Part shown: piece by piece, positions 13,609 through 27,000 of the stretch | Layout: each line of letters opens with the position of its first letter | Numbering within the stretch: the first letter of the stretch is position 1 | From: Cycas panzhihuaensis | Taxonomy: Eukaryota; Plantae; Cycadophyta | NCBI GenBank assembly: GCA_023213395.1 | Contig: CM041465.1 | Span: 130,331,741-130,395,740 of the forward strand | Length of the DNA stretch: 64,000 bases | Direction: 5' to 3' | The notes under the pieces: model-generated | The model's database searches: none | What the model was told of the DNA's origin: nothing | Seen by the model: only the letters and a program-made list of their open reading frames with translations | Position numbers and translations under genes: made by a program

Positions 13609-16600
13609 ATGTCTTTAAGTATAAATAATGTAATAGTTCCTAAATTTTATGATTCAAATTATTTGAAAAAAAACATATGCATAAAGCTTATATTTATCTC
13701 TAAAGATATGTGAAATTTTATTATCAATGGCTATATTATTCTAAATTATAATATTCCTATAGATGAAGTAAGGTTCATCAAGGAGAATGAGAAGGATAAT
13801 GAGGCACTTGTATTCATCTTTGGCATATTAGAGGACCACATCTTCCCCCACGTTAGTGAAACAACAACTTTAAAAGTAGCTTGGGAGGCATTGAAGACTG
13901 CAAACAAAGTAGTTACAATGGAAAAGTTGTTAACATTAAGGATGAAATTTAAAAATTATCAAATGAGTTATAATGAATGAGTAAATGATTACATCACTAA
14001 GATATAAAAGCTAGTAAATTAACCAAGGGCCTTAGGTGAAGACGTTGGTGAGTAAAGAATAGTTAAGAAGATTTAGAAGTGTAAGTGAGCTTAAGAAGTT
14101 TGAGATGGTTACCACTAGTATAGAAGTACCAAAGGAACTTACCGCATTAAAGATGGATCAATTAAATGGTATTCTAGTTACTGTTGAAGAGAAGGAGAAT
14201 GGAGGAGGGCCCTTGGATTATGCCTTTACTACTAAGGTAAGAACTAGACCATAAAATCATTAAGAAGATCAAACTTCAAAAGGTAGAGCTTAACTCCTTA
14301 GAGGTACAAACTAATATGTTAAAGGATAAGGTTTTATAAATCAAGAATAATGTTTAAGAATCAAGGATAAAATTTTAAAAACTAAGGATAAGGTTTTAGA
14401 CCTTAAAACTCTAGAGGTAGATGACAAAGCCTTAGAGGAAGAAATCAAGGTGAAAGGGGTAGTAGCCCTAGAGGAAGAGGAAGAAGGACAATACAATGTT
14501 CCTATTACAAAGAAAATAGATACTTATAAAATAATTATTTCCTTAAAAAGTCCAACATAAAGAAAGGAGTAGTTAACACAACTATAGAAGAATCAAAAGA
14601 TAATAAAAGGCTTTATTTGTTAAGCATCATGACAAATGAAGAAAATGATATATGGTAATAATGATTCAAGATGATCCACTTATATAACTCATCAAAGAGA
14701 ATGATTTAAGAAGTTAGATAGGCCTCAAATAACTAAAAGAATGTTTGGAAATAGCATTACTCAAAAGGTAATAAGAAAAAGGAGTGTGTTCAAACTAATC
14801 ATAGAGAAACTAAGCATATTAATGATATACTTCATGTTCTTACACTTAAGAAGAATTCTTTATGAGTTGGCCAAAACGTGAAGTAAAATACAAAGTCATC
14901 TTTAATGATGGAGAATACATAATTAAGGATTAATTAAAGAATGAAGCCATAGTGCTTAAGGGGCAAATTACTAATGATAGGTTATTTAAGTTAGTTCTAT
15001 CTCCTAATAATACTTATGCCTTAAAAGCATCAATTATAATAGATAGTAAAACATAATATCAAAGATTTATCCATGGTAAATTATAACAACTTAGCCCTAA
15101 TAAAGATAATAGATATGGTAATTGGTATACCCAATATTTAAGATAATATATAGATTTATGAAGGATGTATACTAGGTCAACAACAAAGGGAAAATTTCCC
15201 AAATGAAAGCTTCATTGTTAAGTGGCCACTTCAACTAATATACACAAATTTGTGTGGACTAATAGATATAATGTCCCCTAGAGGTGAAAGGTACTTTATA
15301 GTTATGATTGACGATTACTCGAGGATGACTTCAATATATTTTCTTAAATTCAAATAAAAAATATTTTAATGTTTTATTAACATCAAGGTGATGATTGGGT
15401 GGGAAAGTAGTAATAAAATTTTGACTCTTAAATTAGATAATTAGAGGGAATTTATCTCTAGTGAATTTAAGGAATGTTATAGGTATTATAGAATTAGAAA
15501 ATAACTAACTAATCCTTATACCTCTCAATAATAGTGTAGCAAAAAGAAAGAATAGGATAAGAGTCAAAATGGATAAGAGTATACTTAATGATAAGTACCT
15601 TAGCAATGAGTTTTAAGCAAAAACTTTATATATAGCTATTTATTTATTGAACAAGCATATAACTAAGAAAGTAAGATAGGTTATTCCTAAAGAGGATTAG
15701 GTAGGGTACAAGCCTAATATTAAATATTTAAAAGTATTTAGGTTTGTTACATGTGCACATAGTCCACAATAAAAGGGAACCAAATTAGATAATAAAGGTA
15801 TTAAGTGCATATTTATAAGATATAATGATACTTTAAAATCCTATAAATTATATGATCTTAAGAAAAAATAATTATAAGTAGAGATGTCATATTTAATGAA
15901 GATGGAATTTATCAAGCATATATGAAAAAAGTTAAAGAAAAAATTATAATAATTAAGGTAGAACCTAATACAAATATACCTGTGATGACTAATACAGGAG
16001 AAATAAGACCATCTACTTTAATTTAAGTTAATATAAGGGTTTCTAAATGGTTTTAAAAGGGCCATACCCCTGAAGATGTTTTAGATACAAATTTTAAGAG
16101 AAGAATTACTCAATCTCAAAGTATGGTAAATTTTGATTTGATGACACAAGTGATGTAAAATAACTAGACTTAAAATTTTGAAGAGGAAAACACTCAAGAT
16201 GAGTAAATGGAAGCTATGAAGAGTACAATGTCTTAGTAAAAAATAATGCATGGGAATTAGTTGATTTACTACTAAAGAAGAATATAATTAATACTAAATG
16301 TATCTACAAAATTAAGTATAGGTCAAATGGATCAATTGACAAGTACAAAACTACACTAGTTGCAAATGGCTATGCATGGAAGGCATTGATTATCATAAAC
16401 CTTTTCCACCTATGGAAATGTTCAGATTAATTATGGCTCTAACTACACAACATAGTTGGATAATCCATCAAATAAATGTTAAAAGTGTTTTTTAAATGGG
16501 TATGTAAACAAGGAGATTTATATCTAATAACCAAAAGTTTTTTTTAAGTCAAAAGAAAAGAAAATAAGGTCTACAGACTCAAGAAAGCCTTGTATAGACT

Positions 16601-16999
16601 GAAATAGGCACCTAAAGCATGGTATTATAGGATTAGAAACTATTTAAAAGATAAAGGATTCTTAGGAAGCCAATCAAATCTTAAATTATATTCTAAGTTA
16701 GATTGAAATTTATTTTTTATTATGGGTTTATATGTTGATGACATTATATGCACTAAGAATTACAAATGCTTGTCTTAATAATTAAAAATATATGTGTGTA
16801 CAGATTTTTGAGATGATAGATTTAGGACTAATGTATTATTTCTTAAGCATTGAAGTATGGTAAGATTATACAAGAATTTTTGTATCTCAAATGAAGTATA
16901 CATTGCATATACTACATAGGTTTAACATAGATAATTGTAAGCCATTTATAACACCAACAGAAGTTAGGTTAAAATTATCTAAGGACTTTGAATTAGTTA
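13609..16999 (+). pseudogene. Copia A gag-protease-integrase-RT remnant (5' part)
   Basis: MSLSINNVIVPKFYDSNY gag start; LIYTNLCG and IDDYSR integrase motifs; RT motifs KYKTTLVANGY, IHQINVKS, LKKALYRLK and LYVDD. Riddled with stops. Confidence 0.9.
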
Positions 17000-19900
17000 T
17001 GTGAGAATTTATATATGCTTAGGCTTGTCCTAATACCATATGAATGCCTGCTAAATTTTTACATTTTTTGCATAGCAAAAACATCATGAAATAGAATTAA
17101 AAATACACAAAAGACATAAGTTTATATTGAAAATATTTTCAAGAAAAAAACCACCCATAAAAGACTAACAATCAATTAGAAATACCAATAATTATATTAT
17201 AAATTTCCAAGTGATTAAAACTTGAATAATTGGATAGATTTTTAATGATATTTCAACCCTACCATAAATCCTTATAATACAAAGGGTATATCCAACCAAA
17301 ATCTATGACTCTTCATCATATCCTATGACTCTTCATCACATCGCATCAAATCTTAATACTCAAATATCTTCATATCTTGATTCTTCATGTCCTTTTAAAT
17401 CTCAATACTTACATCTCTTTATATCTTAATTCTTCTCATAACCACACGAAGTATTAACTCCTACTAAGTTTTAATCTTTGACTATACTTGGTAAAATCCC
17501 CCCTTAATATAAATATAGGATTTAGGACTCATCATATAATTATAAATCAATTTTATATTGTACTCAAGGCAAGTGAGAGTTGACCTTATAGATTCATCCC
17601 TCCTTAAGGGTAAACATCATGTAGGCCTAATCCAATGTAAATTTTGCTAAAATAATCTTTAGTAAGTAGATTTATGAATATATCTACTAGTTATTTATCA
17701 CTCATATAATATTCTACATTTAGCTTCCCTACTTTGACCATTTGTCAAATGGAGTGATATTGTAGTTTGATATGTTTCATTCAAGTATGATACTTAGGAT
17801 TCTTCAATAATCAAAGAGTACTTTAATTATCCACAAAGATAGTAATCGTGTTGCTTTAAGCATCAAGAACATCTAACATTCCTTTCAACCAAACTACTTT
17901 ACGACCACCTGCTAAGAGTCCATGATACTCTAAAAACCAAATGGTGTTAACCATAAGAGCATAATTGGCATACTAATTTATAGTTCTTTATTTATTTGAT
18001 GGGTCTATAATCACTCTAGATGCTTTAATCATCTTCCTTTCCCATAACAATATCTAAGGTCCTCATGTTGTTGCCACCTCCTCTTGTGATAAATATTCCT
18101 TAACATTTCCATTAGTTCACCTAACTTTATTCTAATCCTTAGACTCAACATCTGATTACAAATGACTTGGTAGTAATAGTAGATCTTGAACTTTTTAAAA
18201 TGTAATACTTGTCATATGCTACATTATTGACTCATTAAATTAAACATCCCAACTAACCTCAAGTTTTTTTAAGTTTGGATCCCATAATCAATACCCTTTG
18301 TCCTGATCAGAATACCACACAAAGATATATTTCTAACTCTTATGATACATATTCTTATATCTATCGTTAAGGATGCATATATATACAATGCATCTAAAAA
18401 CTTTAAAATAATTAATAGAAATCTTTTAATCAGTTTATTTTTCTTCTTGCATCATGCCACTAACTACTAGTTGGTACCTAATTCAACACATGAATAACAA
18501 TCCCTATAACTTCTTCCCAATAGTTTTATAAAACATTTTGTGCATACACTATACACCTTACCGTCTCTATCATGATAGAATTTTTTTCTTTATGATGCCA
18601 TTTTATTGTAGGGTATTGTTTCCTGGCTACCGGGAATGGACTCGAGACGCATCGACTCAGGTAAGCTTAGGTATACATTCTCACTTCTCTCTGCCCTTGC
18701 TTGACTAAGGTTATTTACTACAGACTGCCTGACGCATGCTTGCCTGCCTGCATTGCCTCTTTGCTTGATCACATTACATGTGCTTACTACACGCTTTCAG
18801 CCTATGACGACTCACAATGGGGGCATTCTTCAGCGAATGTTACACCCCATATGGCGCACAGCCACCCACTTCGTCTCCACGACCCCTCGGGATGCCTCAA
18901 CCAGTCGTGTTCGCCCTTTTTACGACACCTTGTTCATGTTGCAGTCTCTTCCAAGTCTGATTAAATCCTTGGTTGAGACCCAGTTCGCTTTCTTGGCCAC
19001 TTGCTTATCACCTGGGTATTTCCTCCCAGCTGTTCCATCCTTGATTTACTCTTAATCCCTTATTTTTGCTTATTTTTTTGTTTCCAGTCTCATACCGTTG
19101 TAAACTTAGCGATGCAAGTGATCTTTCTTGTGATCTTGTGAAATTCTATGGGACAATTTAAAAACTTTTTAAAAATCACGCGATAGTTTCCAATTTTTTT
19201 GCAGAACTGCCGCGTGGCACCTACGCATTTGAAGTGCCCTGAGATCCCTAACGTTCACCTGTAGTGAGCAAGGGATAAAACTAAAAGTCTCCTTTATTTG
19301 CAGATTCTTAGCTCATTTTTGTACAAAATCTTCCACAGAAAACTACTGCAGAACAAGACACACAGCTGCTGCTCTTTACGAGGGACCATTGCTGTCTCTA
19401 TTACTCAGGAACAGCAGGCTCAACATTTATTTGCAGGTCTTCAAAATGCAAGAAGAATTCTTCCCAAGATCTTCCAAAGAACAAGCTTCAAGAGGCCCCA
19501 ACTCACAGGATTTTTCACACATTTATCTCCTCTTCCAAACTTTACTGGATGTTGATTTTTTCTTGCTATTTTTCAGCAGATGCATACTTCTTCTCCTCCC
19601 AAGAAGGCACCTCTCATATTTACTTTGTAATTTATGTTATTTCTTTGTACTTTTGTGAATGAACTCTTAGTCTATGTGCCTTCTTGCTGCTGCACCTATT
19701 TAGCATCATTTTTCTTATTTTTTGGTACCATAGTGCTCCCCTAATAATTCCTGCAAGCCTACTCTTAGGTGGCTGTCACAGGGGGGTAACATAAAGAGAA
19801 TTTGAGGGAGGAAGTCGAGGTCAGTCCCCCTTGCTGTCCTTCTCCCCAAGGGTTTCATCCCTTATTCTCTTTCCCCTTGCCTTTATACCTTCCTAGAAGT

Positions 19901-21645
19901 CAGGTTAGGGAATTTGGGAGCTTATTTTCATATCTAAACCAGCGTTGGCAGCCCATTGCCATGCTGGTTTTAGATTTTTGTTCATTGGTTTTGGGCATTG
20001 CATAAGCCCTAAAACTGCTTCTTGCCGGTTCACCGTTTGCAACCCATCCAGTTAGACGATTTGCTACCTGTAGTATCTCGTTCTTTGGATGTACCTGCAT
20101 ACCTTTTAGTTGTCTTTTTCCTTCTCGTTGTTTATTGCCCCATGCTATTCCTGTGAGTTCGTTTTCCTTTCCTGAGGCTAAGTGGAGACTTTCTGTGGGT
20201 GAGTTAGCCATCCTGAGGCTATACTCTTATTTTGGGTATCCGTTGAAGTAACTGTTTGTGGAAACTTTGTTAGAACTTATTTCATTAAATAATATGCATA
20301 TGCTTAGCTTAGTTTGATTTTGTTTACTCTAAGTTTGATATATATATTAGATATGTTTTATAGCCCCTCTTCCGAGAGGGAAACACTTATTTGTTTGCTG
20401 GATAGAATCTCGCACTTGTGGAGTCGCGTATGAAACAAACCCATTGCAGGTTAGTTCCATATTTGTTGCTTTTCGTTATTTTCTGTTATTTACTATTCTG
20501 CTTTAGTTTTGCATGCATAAGAGGAGGTAAGCTAGCCCCTCTTCGATTAATCACGGCAACCATCGCCAAACGCTTTCACGCATGCAACGAGTGGAGCGGG
20601 AAGCGAAGAGATGCGTAGCACTCCATTCAGACGCCGGTCTAGGTATTTTTCTTATCCTTGCACATTTCCTTTATAGCGTTGTTCTTTGTGCATGTGCTTG
20701 CATAGTAAGAAACACATAGGAAAGTGAAAGAGGAAAAGAACATACCTTTGCTTTACGTATCTTTTATTTGGCTATTAATCTAGTACATTTAGATAATTCA
20801 TTTTGTGTTAGAACTACCCGCACCCTGCTCTTTTTGATGGAAAAAATATGGAGCCACAATGCTTTGATACCAAATGAAGGAAAATATGCTTGTAAACTAT
20901 GAGCCAAACTAAGCTATGCAAAGATTGCATCAAAAAATCAGTGTATCACCATCACAATAGCACAAAACCATGAGAGCCTTGATGTTCAATCCATTGTAGT
21001 AGAATGAGTATTCCAAATCTTCCTCAAAAGTAGGTGGTGTCTAAAGACACCAGGGTTGTACACCCCTTAACATTTATAGTTTGGGAGGAGGAAACTCCTC
21101 AACCCCTGAATTCAAATTAATAATAAAATAATACTAACTTAACTCAAATGAAACTAACTCAACTTACCTTAACTTACCTTGACATGTTGAGCATCACATG
21201 TCTAAATTGAGGTGCACAATTCTGGTAGGTAAGAGGGAGTTGAGTGATGACATTACACCCAACATTCTCCCCCTTAATGTCAGCACGAACACTTGTATCT
21301 TTTCCTTGAACTTGTGGGCGGTACTTGAAAAAACTTTGAAATTCCAATCTTGATCTTTGTCGATGCTTCTCACCCTTATAGTCACATATATCTCTTTATT
21401 ATAGAATGATGTAGGAAGACTATAGGTAGATGAAACTTGATGCAAAAGTAGATGAGGGGCTGTAATTTGGACTTGAACTTTTATACTCTTTATGCTTTGA
21501 ACAGTTGTCATATCACCAGGTTCATTCTTCGTTATGTCATAAGATTCGTCTTCATGATGCTCCCCCTCAAATGGAGGATCAAACCCTTGTGCAACAAGGT
21601 GGTCATGCATTTGATCTGAATCTTCATTGGTGTTGCCGTCATGAT

Positions 21646-21951
21646 CTAATTGCTCACACACCGTCTCACATGCTCATCAAATACAGTAGGGATATCTCCC
21701 CCATAAGTAGAAATCAATAAATCCCAGACAGGCTTAGATGTTGTCAGTTCAGAAACTAGTGAAAAAATATCATCAGTAATAGTGCAAAATAATAAACCTA
21801 AAATTTCATTGTCTTTTCTAAAGTTTTCTTTAATACTAAGGTCACATTCATGTTGTAAATACTTTAAAAGATCATGTTCAATAAAGTGAGTGTGCATGGC
21901 GTCATACCATAGTGAATAGTTATGGCCATTGAAAATGGGGAATTGTGCCAT
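21646..21951 (-). CDS. Truncated copia-type Gag N-terminal protein (DUF4219/UBN2-like); probably continues by frameshift into ORF 21194-21661
   Basis: MAQFPIFNGHNYSLW...M...HDLL..L and I..TITDDIF..VSELTTSK.VWDLL..TY match the copia gag N-terminal pattern. Confidence 0.7.
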   Translation of the reverse strand: MAQFPIFNGHNYSLWYDAMHTHFIEHDLLKYLQHECDLSIKENFRKDNEILGLLFCTITDDIFSLVSELTTSKPVWDLLISTYGGDIPTVFDEHVRRCVSN

Positions 21952-23369
21952 TTTGAAAGTAATTTAATCAATAAGAAAATGATGATAAGATCAAGTAGAA
22001 ATCTTGAATAAACAATGAGATATAAACTAGAATTTTCTTTAAAATTTTGAACGAAGACAAGCTTGTTAGGATGTATATATATACTCAACTTTAACAAATT
22101 GAAAACTATATTGAAAGAGGTCAGAAGAGCTTAAAATTTTATCAATATGTAGATTGCTGAAATGTGAATCCAATAAGACAAACGGTTTTGAAAAATGATA
22201 CCAATAAGTCACGTTTTGAATGATGCTAAGAAAAGGACCTCCTTGTGGAGCCTAACAAGAGCAGGGTAGGTAAAAAATTGTATAAAAGTACTAATTAATC
22301 CTTAGAAAAGCTGAAAAAGTGATCAAATATTATTGATGAAGTAATTAATATTCTGCCAATTGAAGATTTTGAAAGAATATATTAAACACGTGTAAAAAAG
22401 AGCAGATTTAGGCCAATAAAATAACTCAACTTTAGCTGATTTGAAATATAAGCAAAATATGTCAAAATATATGAAAAAAATATATCACAGTGAAGAGAAA
22501 TGAGTCACTTCCCAAATAAGTCAAGGAAATGAAATCTGATAAAAATTGCAAAAGTTATAGTGAAAAATGTGACAAGTGTCTTTATGGAGAATGTTCAAGA
22601 AACAGGCAAAATCAACTAAATTTCTTATTTTAACGATTAAAATATTAGTAAAAATGAAGTCAAAAAATTAAAGTAAAAGATGGGTATTAGAATCTATATG
22701 ACGTAGATCACAATAGAAAAGATTCGGATACAAAACAGTTTACCAACAATAAATAGCGACCGGTTCTAAAACCGATTTTATCAAAAATGTAAAAGCTATG
22801 AAATTTCGAAAGTCCAATGTTAAAAGGGTGAAACGAAGTCAAATGGGCACCAAATCGGTCTTATGACCAGTCGAAATTGATCTACGGAAAATTTCTGATC
22901 TGATGGCGCAGGTTTCGTCTGAAACCGATGAGCCAGGGGGAAGTTATGGCAAAAAATGCGCCAATAACCCTATGGAAAAAATGAAATTTTGAAAAAATAA
23001 AGTTTATAATTGAAAAAACACTTATTAAAACGTGCCTGGGCTGGGATTGAACCCAAGACCATCCAAAAAATAGAAACCTCCGATGCCAGGAGGGTGAACT
23101 CGCTCGTCGAGATGAAAAACACAACTTAATACTGTTAAAACTAGATTTTTAAAGCATAAACGCACAAAAGCAGTCACAATAATGGATGAATATAATGCCG
23201 CAATAATGATCAATATAATGAACTCAATATGAATGGAACAGAAAGGAGGGGCGCACAATAATACACAAATATTTACACAAATATTTGAACTCAATAAACC
23301 ATCCGAATGCAATAAATAAAGAATACGGACAATCAATATGTGTCAATAATCAAATATCGCAAATATAAC

Positions 23370-24010
23370 GCCCAAAAAAAACGACGCCAAACGGACCTCG
23401 ATAAATGGCGAGATAGCTCGCAATGCCGAATAGGGCGTAGCCTGCAGCAGATCGCAGATCAGGCCCGTGAAGGGGCCGAAAGCCGTGAAGGGCACACGGA
23501 GGGGCGACACAGAGGCGCAGATCAGGCCCGTGAAGGGGGCGAAAGTCCACAGCGCGCTGATGGAGGGCTCGGCGCAGAGGCCGAGGCAATCGGCCGCACG
23601 GATCGGCGCAGAGGCCGTGACGCAGCCGGCAGGGCAAACGGTGCAACACGGATCACGAGGCGACGACGAACGCAGCACGATGAACCCCGACGGGGCGACG
23701 CAGGTCCGATGGACGACAGCGCGGCGGCACGCAGCATTGCGGCCGGAAATCAAACGCGGTCCAGCGGGCAGAAGCGGCAGAGGGCGGCGCACGTCATGCG
23801 GCCAAAGGTCCACACGGGAGGGCGCCGACCGGCGTCCTAACAGGCGAAGCGAGCGAGAGCGTATTTAACCGTCCACGGGCACGAGCGGTGAAACCCACAA
23901 GCAGGCGGCGGGGCGGGGCGAGCGAGCAACCGTCCACACGGGCGACTACGAGCTTCCGACTGCAGGGTGGAGATAGGCAACGGGAGACCAAGTTACACGG
24001 GGAACGCAGA
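23370..24010. other. GC/CpG-rich island with short direct repeats inside the gag-only element
   Basis: Abrupt GC rise. Repeats CGCAGATCAGGCCCGTGAAGGGG.CGAAAG x2, TCGGCGCAGAGGCCG x2 and AACCGTCCAC x2. Confidence 0.85.
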
Positions 24011-27000
24011 GCTACTGTATAGCCTTAGGCCAGGTCAATTGCAAGACTGGACTGGCTTAGGAAAAAGAGATACAATAAAGAGAAACTATGGTAAAAGGAA
24101 AGGAACGTGAAGTACGGAGGGCTAGCAATATCAGATCTTCAATTTTTATCTCTCAAAGAAAAATGTAGAATAATCCAGACAGTTGAATGGAAATCAATTA
24201 GAACTGTTTTGGTTTCTTATGCATGTAATATTTTTTGAGTTCTCAATTTGGATGCACTTGCATACAGCCGCAATACTCTCCTGAATCGTGTGATCATGTG
24301 TATCTCTTTAAGAATGACAAGGACAATGCAGCAGACTTTTCTGGAAGATCAATACATGGTAGATTTCTTTATGATTGTAGAAAAAATGTCAAATTAGTAA
24401 TATAACAGGCATATCAAACCAGGAGACTTCTATGTAACTCCAGTTTCAGCTTCACCAGGAAGTTTATTATGTGTAAAAAAAATAATGAAGAAAATAAAGA
24501 TTGATAGAATATTTCAAAGAAAAGTATGTATTTGTTCAATATAAATACAGATTTATAAATCTCTTATGCTTTTATCATGTAACTATCTGAATATTGGCTT
24601 GCATATACAGAAATTTCTTCAAATAATAACAGTAAAGCAACTTAATGGAACAATATACTCATATAACCGAGCTTTTTCAAATGTATCTTGTAGTAGATAT
24701 ATTAGAAATATATATGCAAATCTGAAAAATGTAATCGAAAAACCTGGTAGTGTAGCTGATTTGCAGACTTGTAGCAGATTAACCCTTACATATGAGATCT
24801 TCAAACGTTCAAGTGTATTCTTCAACAAATAGATCCTTGCATATACTTCTTGAATGGTGAAAATGCCTCAAAAGTTCGATATGCAATTGCTATCTTTGTA
24901 GATTGAAATATAGCTTGTAGCTTAGAAAAAGCTTTTATGAATCTGCACAAATCTTGTGAAATAACACTGAATATACTTGTTATACCATAAGAAATAACCC
25001 AATAATGAGTGAATCTATTGAAAAATATAATAAATCTGTTGAAAAACTTGTAGAAAATATCACCAAATGATGAAAAAACTCAGATCCAAGTGAGACCCGA
25101 GATCTGCAAAAATATTATGTAAATGTTGTAGATCTGGCCTTAGTATAGCAGATCTATAGCAAAAAATATCACAGATATGAACAAATATAACAGAAAATAT
25201 TGAAAACTTGTTGAAATAAGCAGATTTATAGTAAAAAATAGCAGATCTGAAGTAACAAGTTCTAGATCTCTGAAAAAAACTTGATAACTTTTATATGCAG
25301 CTGATGCTCTTTTGCAAATCTGTAAAAAAATATCAAATAAGTAGATAAAAAAACTTGTAAGCTGTCAAAATATATGATAAATCTGTAGATCTGAACAGAA
25401 AATAACTCAAATATAAGAATAAACTTGGATGTATATCACTTGCTGCTGAAAAATCCTTTGTAGATCTGCACAAATCTGAAAATAGATCTCAGTAATATTT
25501 GTTAAACCAGAAATATAATCAAAATAATCAAAATGCTGAAATAATATATACAACTTGCTAAAAATTTCAGAAAACCAATCTAGTTAATATACTCTTCTTC
25601 AAAGCTTCAGCAGGACAGCAATCGCCTGCTCTGATACCAAATGATGGAAAAAATATGGAGCCACAATGCTTTGATACCAAATGAAGGAAAATATGCTTGT
25701 AAACTATGAGCCAAACTAAGCTCGTAGTGATTGCATCAAAAATCGGGTGTATCACCATCACAATAGCACAAAACCATGAGAGCCTTGATGTACAATCCAT
25801 TGTAGTAGAATGAGTATTCCAAATCTTCCTCAAAGTAGGTGGTGTCTAAAGACACGGGGTTGTACACCCCTTAACATTTATAGTTTGGGGGAGGAGGGAA
25901 ACTCCTCAACCCCTGAATTCAAATTAATAATAAAATAATACTAACTTAACTCAAATGAAACTAACTCAACTTACCTTAACTTACCTTGACATGTTGAGCA
26001 TCACATGTCTAAATTGAGGTGCACAATCCTGGTAGGTAAGAGGGAGTTGAGTGATGACATTACACCCAACACTTTTGGCCAGCATATACCTAGACGCCAC
26101 GTTACACATACATCCCACTTACTTATTGCCTCCTCACTTACTTGAGAGGACGCAACCTGCCAGGCTCTCTCCTCCTCCTCCCAACCATCTGAGGGGTAGG
26201 GAGGCCTTGCCTTGTGTGGCTACCTAGAAGCAACCAGGCACCTCTGCAGGTCCCGAATCTGCGCTCTGGTGCACGGATGCCCTGCGAGGTGAGTCCTTAC
26301 TGTTTAGCTTAACCTAGTCTTGCATAACCCGTCCTCTTACTAAACATAGGGATACCACCTCACAGACAGCATTTCAGGTATATGAGATTATAAATTCCTA
26401 TATAATACCATGCCTAAGACAAAATTAATTACAAGTGTAATTATCATATTCCTTTCCATTATTATTCCTTTAAATTATTATCTTTTTACCACTTTGATTC
26501 TTGAATCCAACTTTAAATAAGAGTCCAATAGAAATGATATAGGCTATGCACCCTCTGATAGCCTAAAATAATCTCCAAAATATAAAACATTTACTCATTT
26601 TAGCTTTAAACGACTAACAACTTCTATGTTTTTTGCTTCAATGGCTAACACACTTAATCATAAGGCAGTGGCAATTAATGAATAACATCTGCGTAGACCT
26701 ATGCACATCCAACATGCTCAAAATATAGAAAAAATGATGAAAATTGACCAAAAACACCAAAAAATCACTCATTCCTTCTCTATGTGGTGGTAAAATTACT
26801 CAAAAATTATTGTAATTGCTAGATCTTGCTCTTGCACTTTGATTGTAATTAAACAGCTAAAAAGTCTGTAAAATTTTTATGTTAAATAGAGTATTATAAA
26901 GCTCCCAAAGGTCATCATCATTCTTGCATTGACCACAACCAAAATAACAAATATATTTGACTTAATTTAGCTACCCAATGAACAAAAATAATTTATACAC

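Larger units (their letters stand above)
20835..26071 (-). mobile_element. Young non-autonomous LTR element with gag-only ORF (TR-GAG/LARD-like)
   Basis: 430-bp near-identical LTRs at 20835-21264 and 25642-26071. Perfect TSD CTTTT. PBS TGGTATCAGAGC at 25628-25639 and PPT at 21265-21275. No pol domains. Confidence 0.95.
18617..26376. mobile_element. ~2.5-kb solo LTR (size suggests Gypsy) carrying a nested element
   Basis: TG...CA termini and perfect TSD GGTAT (18612-18616, 26377-26381). The empty site is visible in duplicate copy 2 near 32352. No coding remnants and no PBS/PPT. Confidence 0.85.

Noticed and set aside
23453-23548. Hammerhead-like motif CAGATCA-GGCCC...GGGCC-GAAA, present twice (retrozyme idea)
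   Set aside because: The core is CAGAUCA rather than CUGANGA, so U4 and the C3-G8 pair are lost. There is no stem III NUH cleavage site, and the motif is not in the LTRs.
23340-23991. Overlapping ORFs on both strands in the GC island
   Set aside because: Expected from stop-codon scarcity in GC-rich DNA; no recognisable domain.
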